DNA from: a virus
Lineage: Duplodnaviria; Heunggongvirae; Uroviricota; Caudoviricetes
Length of the DNA stretch: 22,725 nt
IMG/VR virus record: IMGVR_UViG_3300017989_002952
Location: 82,891 to 105,615 of that record
Direction: 5' to 3' (one strand)
The notes beneath the pieces are model-generated. The model worked only from the letters and a program-made list of their open reading frames with translations. It was not told the origin of the DNA and did not search any database. The first letter of the stretch is position 1, and each line of letters opens with the position of its first letter. Positions 16,863-22,725 of this stretch are shown here, piece after piece. Made by a program: the position numbers and the translations under genes.

Positions 16863-19800
16863 TATTTCTTTTCCTCAACCAATGTTCCTGTAAGAACTTT
16901 CTCTAGAATGCTTGGTTCTACCTCTTCCTCGGAAATTAAACCATTACGGATTGCCTCTCCAATATTTTCAAAAGCAAGACCTTGTAGGAAACCGCTAGAA
17001 AATACGACCTTTTTAATATTGACAAGAACAGGATCCCAAGTATTTCCTAATCTAGCTGGTATACTCAAGTTATTTTTATCTCGAATACAATTACTTAGCA
17101 AGCATTCCAAATGAACCATATCCATATCTGCTCCAATTTCAGCATAAACACGGACAAGTTTCAAAATGAGATGGTCAACACTTTTGAATACTTCTTTGCC
17201 TGCAAGCAAACGTTCCACGTATAATGCTTGCTCTTTTAATTCCAAAGCTTCAAGAGGAATTTCTAAAATAACACTTCCGGGAATATAACGGCAATTAATT
17301 GACTTTTTCTTTATAAGCTCGAATTCTTGTTTTTTGATATCAACAGGATAGTCCAGAACCATATTGAACATTTTGTCTTCAAATTCGATTCTTGAGGATA
17401 GACCACTCAACCAAATACTATCCTCTTTTATTTCAATATTTTTGCTTTCAGTATAATCCATTAGATCAATTAGTAATTCACAACCTTTTTTACAGACAAG
17501 AGATCCACCCTCTTGTACAATATATTTCTTAAGAGTGGACATATCTAAATCAGCAATTGGATCATTATTAATAATGTCTTGGAGCATATCCTTTTGTTTG
17601 ATTGTGACAGCTCCGCCTGTGTGGAAGGTGCGCATGATTAACTGTGTGCCCTTCTCACCAATGACCTGCGCGGCCAGTACTCCTACATATGGTGTCCGAT
17701 GTCGTTGTAAGAGTCTACCATAGCAAGTAAGACATAATTTTCTGCTACGACAATAGATTGGACTTCTTAATTGAATCACATCACCAGGCTTGAATTTCTC
17801 TGGGTCAAATTCTGTTACTTTACCTCTATAAATATGAAATCGACCGCTCAATCTACTAATGATATCTTTTGTCAATTTTAATGAAACGGTTTTCTTTGTT
17901 CCACAGTCTCTGAGATGTGTATGGGCTTCTAAATTATTCAATACAAATGCTAGTTTTCTGGACATATAACCTGTAGTCGCAGTATTGATAACTCGGTCAA
18001 TAATTCCTTTTCTAGCTCCTGTTGAGGAGTTAAAATACTCGGTTGGACTTAAACCATCTGCAAACGATGCGGAAATAACAGGGAGGATATTTCCTTCTGA
18101 GTCTGCAATGATACCTTTTGCAACCAGAATCTGCATAGGCTGACCCCAACCTTTTGTTGATCCTGATTCTGTAAGATCGTATAAACCAGAATCTTCAAGC
18201 TTTTTCTTGACAATAGTATACATTTGTTCTAATATCGCCATAGCCTCATCTGTATCTTTGCCTTTTAATTGTTTCTTTAGTTGGTAGACCTTTGCAGGTA
18301 CTTCAAAATCATCCAGCGTAATACTCGACCCCATAATTGTTGCAAATTTAAATCCGAGTTTCTCCATACGAGATATACTCTCTCTTGCAATCTCTCCCCC
18401 ATATGTATCAACCATTTTGGAAATGATACTATTTGCAACCTTTTTTGTTGCTCTCTGATTCACAAACGGGTAATTCCTTGGAAGACAACTATTAAACAAT
18501 GCTTTTCCCATGGTCGTATTAACACCACGAAATTTGACAGCGATATATGGGTCGGTTGCTTTTTCCAAATCTTCTGGAGAAACCTCTTTTGGAGAATTTT
18601 TTGGTTTAACATCTTTTGTGATTGAATATAATCCAACCATCATTTCTTTAGACAAAGAAAATGTGATTGCAGTTGATGATGAACCGGATTCTGCTCTGAG
18701 CATTTTTGCCTTGGCTTCCTCTTGTGCTTCATCTGTTAATGGATGATATAACGCCATTGCATCACCATCAAAGTCTGCATTATGTCCGCCAACCTGCATT
18801 GTACACATTTGAATTGTATTGCCTGTAATCAAGACAGGTTTATATGCTCGCACAGATTCAGCTTGTAATGCCGGGTCACGTTTAGCTAAAACAACTCTAT
18901 CCATCATAGCTACTTCTGTAGCTTCATAAAATATCTTATACAGTGTGTCTGGTATTTTATCACCAGATTTAATTGCTTTTAATACTTTACGAACACTGTC
19001 CACAGATAGTTCAAGCTCGTTAAATGCTTTAATCTCATTAGATAACATTTCCTTATCAATTCGACCAGCATATAATAACTGGTGTAAAATAAACGGCTCA
19101 AACAGTCCCACAGCCATTCTAAACGGAACACCAATTTCATTAACCTTGAGGTCAGGACCTGGTGTAATAACCGCTCTACCGCTAAAGTCTACACGTTTAG
19201 AAAGGAGTTGACTCCTAATAATACCTTGTTTTTTAGCAACCTTAGTATGAATATACTTATGGTGTTCAACAATTGCGGTTTGTAAAGAATAGTTTAAAAT
19301 ATCAAAAAGTGGACCAGAACCAGATGCACTTCTCACTTGTAGAGCTTTTCTCATAATGTCCATATAGACATCATTCATGGTATCAATAGTCCATTGGTCA
19401 TCTTCATCTTTATATGCTGGTCTATGCTCTGGTGGTATGACAGGCAATCTACTTAAAAAGAGTGTTCCTGTTTTATATGCATTTTGAATGACTTTATTTA
19501 GTTTTGTGCGGTCTGTTGTTTCTTCCCTGAATTTGATTTTTGGAAACATTTTAATAAATGCTGCAATACCTGTTACACCATTTTCATCCTCTACTAGCGC
19601 GCCACTAGCATCTAGACTAAAATTCTTCTCTGTTGAAATAAACTTGACTATTTTACCATTGAGGCGTATCAGAATTTTTAATGCCTCCGGATGGATGATT
19701 TTCGCATGCAAATCAATATACGAAAATGTGCTTCTTCTTTCTTTATCTGTGATTCCGAAAATTGATTCAGAAAACAGACCACCAACATGGAACTCGCCTG

Positions 19801-19876
19801 CTCTAGTAAAATATTCAGTTGTTGTAACAGGTTTGAGTTTCTTCGTAAACTCATCCATATTCAGGAATCGAATCAT
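16862..19876 (-). CDS. rpoC: Viral multi-subunit RNA polymerase beta'-like (catalytic) subunit
   Basis: NADFDGD catalytic motif (18761-18781), LPVIPPEHRP, KRVDFSGRAVI, bridge helix GARKG..TGYMSRKL, trigger loop GTQLIMRTFHTGG, second Zn site DCGT...CRSRKLCLTC. Confidence 0.96.
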   Translation of the reverse strand: MIRFLNMDEFTKKLKPVTTTEYFTRAGEFHVGGLFSESIFGITDKERRSTFSYIDLHAKIIHPEALKILIRLNGKIVKFISTEKNFSLDASGALVEDENGVTGIAAFIKMFPKIKFREETTDRTKLNKVIQNAYKTGTLFLSRLPVIPPEHRPAYKDEDDQWTIDTMNDVYMDIMRKALQVRSASGSGPLFDILNYSLQTAIVEHHKYIHTKVAKKQGIIRSQLLSKRVDFSGRAVITPGPDLKVNEIGVPFRMAVGLFEPFILHQLLYAGRIDKEMLSNEIKAFNELELSVDSVRKVLKAIKSGDKIPDTLYKIFYEATEVAMMDRVVLAKRDPALQAESVRAYKPVLITGNTIQMCTMQVGGHNADFDGDAMALYHPLTDEAQEEAKAKMLRAESGSSSTAITFSLSKEMMVGLYSITKDVKPKNSPKEVSPEDLEKATDPYIAVKFRGVNTTMGKALFNSCLPRNYPFVNQRATKKVANSIISKMVDTYGGEIARESISRMEKLGFKFATIMGSSITLDDFEVPAKVYQLKKQLKGKDTDEAMAILEQMYTIVKKKLEDSGLYDLTESGSTKGWGQPMQILVAKGIIADSEGNILPVISASFADGLSPTEYFNSSTGARKGIIDRVINTATTGYMSRKLAFVLNNLEAHTHLRDCGTKKTVSLKLTKDIISRLSGRFHIYRGKVTEFDPEKFKPGDVIQLRSPIYCRSRKLCLTCYGRLLQRHRTPYVGVLAAQVIGEKGTQLIMRTFHTGGAVTIKQKDMLQDIINNDPIADLDMSTLKKYIVQEGGSLVCKKGCELLIDLMDYTESKNIEIKEDSIWLSGLSSRIEFEDKMFNMVLDYPVDIKKQEFELIKKKSINCRYIPGSVILEIPLEALELKEQALYVERLLAGKEVFKSVDHLILKLVRVYAEIGADMDMVHLECLLSNCIRDKNNLSIPARLGNTWDPVLVNIKKVVFSSGFLQGLAFENIGEAIRNGLISEEEVEPSILEKVLTGTLVEEKK

Positions 19877-20316
19877 TATTTAAGACCTTTTAAATAACTA
19901 GACATAGCATTAAAATCTTTTGTGACGTTAGCTTTTCTTGCTGCTTCTGGAGCTGGGGTTGGTATACTCTTAACCAAACGAGCCTTGATACGTCTCAACT
20001 GCCCTAACGTGAGATCAATTTTATCGGCATCAATTTCAGGTTCATTTTTCAATCTCTGAGCGAGTTTCAATGAAAAGTCAACCATTTGTGGATCGGCAAT
20101 CCCCGACACGTTACAAATTGGAAAAGGAATATCACGACCAATAGGATTTGTCATATTGATAAAGCATTTTGGATGTTTTTCTTGTTGAGCCTTTCTCATA
20201 TCTCGATCAAGATACCATTTGAGATCTGAGTGCATATCAAGAGGACTTATGAGTTTATAAGCCTTTCTGAGTAACTCGTCCAGGATTTGAAAGCTTTCTT
20301 CTAGCTTAGTTGTCAT
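19876..20316 (-). CDS. Hypothetical protein translationally coupled to beta'
   Basis: 146-aa ORF, RBS GGGAG, TAATG stop/start overlap with beta'. Confidence 0.8.
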   Translation of the reverse strand: MTTKLEESFQILDELLRKAYKLISPLDMHSDLKWYLDRDMRKAQQEKHPKCFINMTNPIGRDIPFPICNVSGIADPQMVDFSLKLAQRLKNEPEIDADKIDLTLGQLRRIKARLVKSIPTPAPEAARKANVTKDFNAMSSYLKGLK

Positions 20317-20342
20317 AGCAATTTTCTCCCTGTAAACGTAAT

Positions 20343-20350
20343 GTATTTAT
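20343..20350 (-). promoter_or_regulatory. Candidate phage promoter element ATAAATAC upstream of RNAP module
   Basis: TAAATAC 26 nt before ATG 20316, downstream of terminator 20387-20414. Confidence 0.35.
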
Positions 20351-20386
20351 TATTTGTTCTAATCTCCGAACAAAAAATGACGGAAA

Positions 20387-20414
20387 ACGTCCACCCCCTT
20401 TCGAGAGTGGACGT
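20387..20414 (-). terminator. Intrinsic terminator with GAAA tetraloop
   Basis: Minus strand ACGUCCACUCUC-GAAA-GGGGGUGGACGU: 12 bp with two G.U wobbles, followed by UUU and then UUUUUU; 4 nt after a stop codon. Confidence 0.75.
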
Positions 20415-20418
20415 CCTT

Positions 20419-21864
20419 TCAGAAGTCAGCATCCATCTGTCTAGCTATGTTTCTGATCTCGCTATCCAGTTTTCCAGCAAAGAAAAGAGAGTAAAATCTG
20501 ATCATATCAAGCTCAACTTTTGACAATGGTATACCTGACAATTTTGAACCATCAACAACATGACAAAAGTTTATTCTGGATATTCTACCAACAAAATAAC
20601 TCAAAATTTTATGAGGCAGAATTTTTGTATTGAACCCAAAAAAGTTCTTTTGTTTATTGCTCACACTGATATACTCATGGACTTTCTTGACTGTGTAACT
20701 AGTTGCAATAGCAGGTTGTGACGTTGGGTAATATCCAAGAAGAGAAATCAAATGTTTATAATCTCCCCGAAAAATTCTCTTCAACAGACCCATTGTATAA
20801 ACAGATAAAACTGCCGCATGTTCAGGCGACAAAGTTCTGAAATGTGTATAGGGTATTGCCGTAATTCTAGATAATATGGGAAACACAAAGCATTCACACA
20901 AAGGTGAAACATATTCAATTGTGCTTACCCGACTTTGAAAGGAGATAATGAGTTTGTCATCAGGCTCCTGATCGAAAGTCAAAATTGAAGCTCGTTCTAA
21001 TTGTTCATATATTTGCTCGTATGCTATTCCCTTTAACCTACCAAGTGTGTCATTGTACGAATATGTTTTTAGATTATTTATATTGAGTCCATGTATATCT
21101 TCGGTTGAAATTGAGTCGTCGTAAATAATTGACCCTTTGTAAACTGACCTCAAGAACCATTTAACACTTTCCTCAACCACACCAACAAAGTATGTAATAG
21201 GATTCTTGTCTTCTTCACAAAGAATCAGAATAGAGTTCATAATAAAGTTGAATATCTCGATAACGTGAACATCAATGGTTTTACATTGAATCATCTTAAT
21301 GTAATCCCACATATATTTGTCCGTAATATTATACTTAAAGGTCTTCGTCTTGATAACATTGAAGATCTTAAATATGATATCTGTTTCCATAATTTCTTTT
21401 GCAATTTTATTATACACTTTTTTGTGTAATCTCTGACTCAATTTTAAGTTATCCGAGTTGGAGAAAATTGCATAGACTTTGAGATATCCTGATAATCTTG
21501 TGATCATCTCAATTTCGTCAGCTGTAAATAAAATGGAATTCTTTTTAGCTTTACTTTCATCAACAAATTGGCTAAAATCAATTCCAGAATTGTCAACATA
21601 ACTATCAACAAATTCCTTTAATTGTCTCACGTTTTTAAGAAGGGTTGGATATCTATGTTCTTTATTCTCCACATAATCACGAATTAAAGAAACAAACCAT
21701 TTGTCAAATTCTTTTCCGCAAGAACCAGAAACCCTCTCAATAAAACTAGAAACAATATGAAATTTGTTTGTGATAGATGAAGAGGTTAAATTGAGTCGCA
21801 GAATCTCTTTATCTCCTAAAGAAACTAACCACTCTTTTGTAGTGCTTTTCTCAAACTTAATCAC
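20419..21864 (-). CDS. Hypothetical 481-aa protein (candidate RNAP specificity/transcription factor)
   Basis: GTG start with AAGGAGG RBS; no enzymatic motif recognised; appears largely helical; immediately upstream of the RNAP module. Confidence 0.8.
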   Translation of the reverse strand: MIKFEKSTTKEWLVSLGDKEILRLNLTSSSITNKFHIVSSFIERVSGSCGKEFDKWFVSLIRDYVENKEHRYPTLLKNVRQLKEFVDSYVDNSGIDFSQFVDESKAKKNSILFTADEIEMITRLSGYLKVYAIFSNSDNLKLSQRLHKKVYNKIAKEIMETDIIFKIFNVIKTKTFKYNITDKYMWDYIKMIQCKTIDVHVIEIFNFIMNSILILCEEDKNPITYFVGVVEESVKWFLRSVYKGSIIYDDSISTEDIHGLNINNLKTYSYNDTLGRLKGIAYEQIYEQLERASILTFDQEPDDKLIISFQSRVSTIEYVSPLCECFVFPILSRITAIPYTHFRTLSPEHAAVLSVYTMGLLKRIFRGDYKHLISLLGYYPTSQPAIATSYTVKKVHEYISVSNKQKNFFGFNTKILPHKILSYFVGRISRINFCHVVDGSKLSGIPLSKVELDMIRFYSLFFAGKLDSEIRNIARQMDADF

Positions 21865-21907
21865 AAAATTCCTCCTTACAAAAAATCTTCATTAAAAGGT
21901 GGGATAC

Positions 21908-22147
21908 CCAAGCCGCATTAAGCGACTTGGACTAGGCGGAAATTTGGTAACCCAGCAACGTCCGGAAGTGTTGTGGCGGTTTGCGACAAAACCAAGCACT
22001 TGAACCATGTGATATGATTAGATACTTAACAGTAACTTGACAGTTACCGCCCTGGTCGCATTGTTTTCACAGTTTACCGTTGCTGGGTTGCCAAAAACTT
22101 AGGGTAATATATAGGCGGATCTCAAATCCAGATTCTACCATATTACC
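21908..22147 (-). ncRNA. Multi-helix structured intergenic RNA
   Basis: Helices: 22103-22110/22140-22147 (8 bp plus inner stems); 21943-21960/22078-22095 (17 of 18 bp); CGGUAACU/AGUUACUG; UGCGAC/GUCGCA; 21908-21930 (9 bp, one G.U). Confidence 0.5.
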
Positions 22148-22156
22148 AGCATGTTG

Positions 22157-22708
22157 CTAGAGTTCTTCGGGGATTGGAGGGGTGAGCAATTCCGTGGTGG
22201 AATTGATGTCGAACAATATATCGTCGATCTGATTGATCAAATCAGACCACTCATCTAACAGAGATCTTTTCTTTCTTTCATCGTAGAACTTCACGATTTC
22301 AGCGCCGTTTCCTGCAACTGAAGCAAGTGAATCATCAACACACATTGCCTCAATTATCATCTCATACAGATGAGCGGCTCCGAATATTTTCTGAGTTTTT
22401 GTACCTCCTGATCGAGGTAATTGACAATTTGTTTTACCCTCCTCCTGTTTAAAACGTTTTCGTTTTAGCGTTTTCCGAATGCCTAATAATGCTGCGACTC
22501 GGAAATGCTGTCCATTAACCGAAACCCAGGTAATCGAGTTTGTATAGTCGATGTCCGCGCGGATGTTAATAGCTTCCAACAAGAGGTCGAATCCCTCTTG
22601 AACCAATTCTAGAATTCGTTGTCGTTGGACCTCTTCACTCTCAAAGTAAGGTTCGACGGTTGAGAGCATGCTACTATATTTCTTCACATCCTCTACAATC
22701 TTCAACAT
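22157..22708 (-). CDS. DIP1984/DUF6847-like coiled-coil protein (tentative)
   Basis: IRADIDYTNSITWVSVNG..RVAALLGIRKTL and terminal QIDDILFDINSTTEL resemble my recollection of the DIP1984 family pattern (IxxTNxxT...; LDxxIQxxNxxTEL). Confidence 0.5.
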   Translation of the reverse strand: MLKIVEDVKKYSSMLSTVEPYFESEEVQRQRILELVQEGFDLLLEAINIRADIDYTNSITWVSVNGQHFRVAALLGIRKTLKRKRFKQEEGKTNCQLPRSGGTKTQKIFGAAHLYEMIIEAMCVDDSLASVAGNGAEIVKFYDERKKRSLLDEWSDLINQIDDILFDINSTTELLTPPIPEEL

Positions 22709-22725
22709 TCTTTGATGTATCTTCC

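Noticed and set aside
2747-20523. Plus-strand ORFs in the six-frame track (e.g. 2747..3163, 7984..8331, 19488..19883, 20341..20523) and short nested minus ORFs (2785..3072, 5787..6032, 6555..6749, 12920..13111)
   Set aside because: Antisense or out-of-frame shadows of well-supported genes, with no recognisable motifs.
21940-22085. Partial resemblance to c-di-GMP-I riboswitch (GGUAAAC..GAAA; GCUGGGUUACC) and group I intron S element (UAGUCC)
   Set aside because: Helix order does not match GEMM-I and GACGCAAA is absent; no GACUA P7 partner and no interrupted gene.
21933-22119. MITE-like reading: 18-bp inverted repeat with TAGGCGGA direct repeats outside
   Set aside because: The direct repeats are 2 and 16 nt from the inverted-repeat ends, so not a target-site duplication; no transposase in the window.
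21895-22140. tmRNA-like 5' segment (AAUCUGGAUUUGA)
   Set aside because: No acceptor stem, no GGUUCRANUCC T-arm, no CCA end; too short.
1-22725. Cellular rpoBC locus, eukaryotic giant virus, recoded genetic code, CRISPR array or tRNA genes
   Set aside because: Reversed order with no ribosomal genes argues against a cell. SD motifs, a bacterial prepilin signal and two-gene topo IIA argue against NCLDV. TAA, TAG and TGA all end genes normally. No repeat-spacer array or cloverleaf seen.

Overview
Window from a large bacterial virus (jumbo-phage-like; AT-rich, genetic code 11, strong GGAGG-type RBSs). All credible genes lie on the minus strand. In transcription order (right to left): DIP1984/DUF6847-like protein; a ~240-nt densely structured intergenic RNA; 481-aa helical protein (candidate promoter-specificity factor); terminator; a coupled module of 146-aa protein, RNA polymerase beta'-like, beta-like, 199-aa and 106-aa proteins; a 335-nt intergenic region with two long hairpins; Zn-finger protein; probable SSB; terminator; Cys-rich protein; AAA ATPase plus DUF2201-type metallopeptidase/vWA; type IIA topoisomerase B subunit; hypothetical; an unannotated 50-aa very basic protein; type IIA topoisomerase A subunit; pilin-like protein; QueD; SF2 helicase; second Cys-rich paralog; NSSS-motif protein; SbcD/Mre11-like nuclease (partial). 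The most interesting system is a virus-encoded multi-subunit RNAP with unsplit subunits in reversed order. It has a ~345-aa N-terminal extension on beta, lacks the beta' zinc-binding domain and apparently the rudder, and comes with candidate partner subunits, a candidate promoter motif (TAAATAC) and structured RNAs. Family calls and reference alignments are from recalled motifs; no searches were run.
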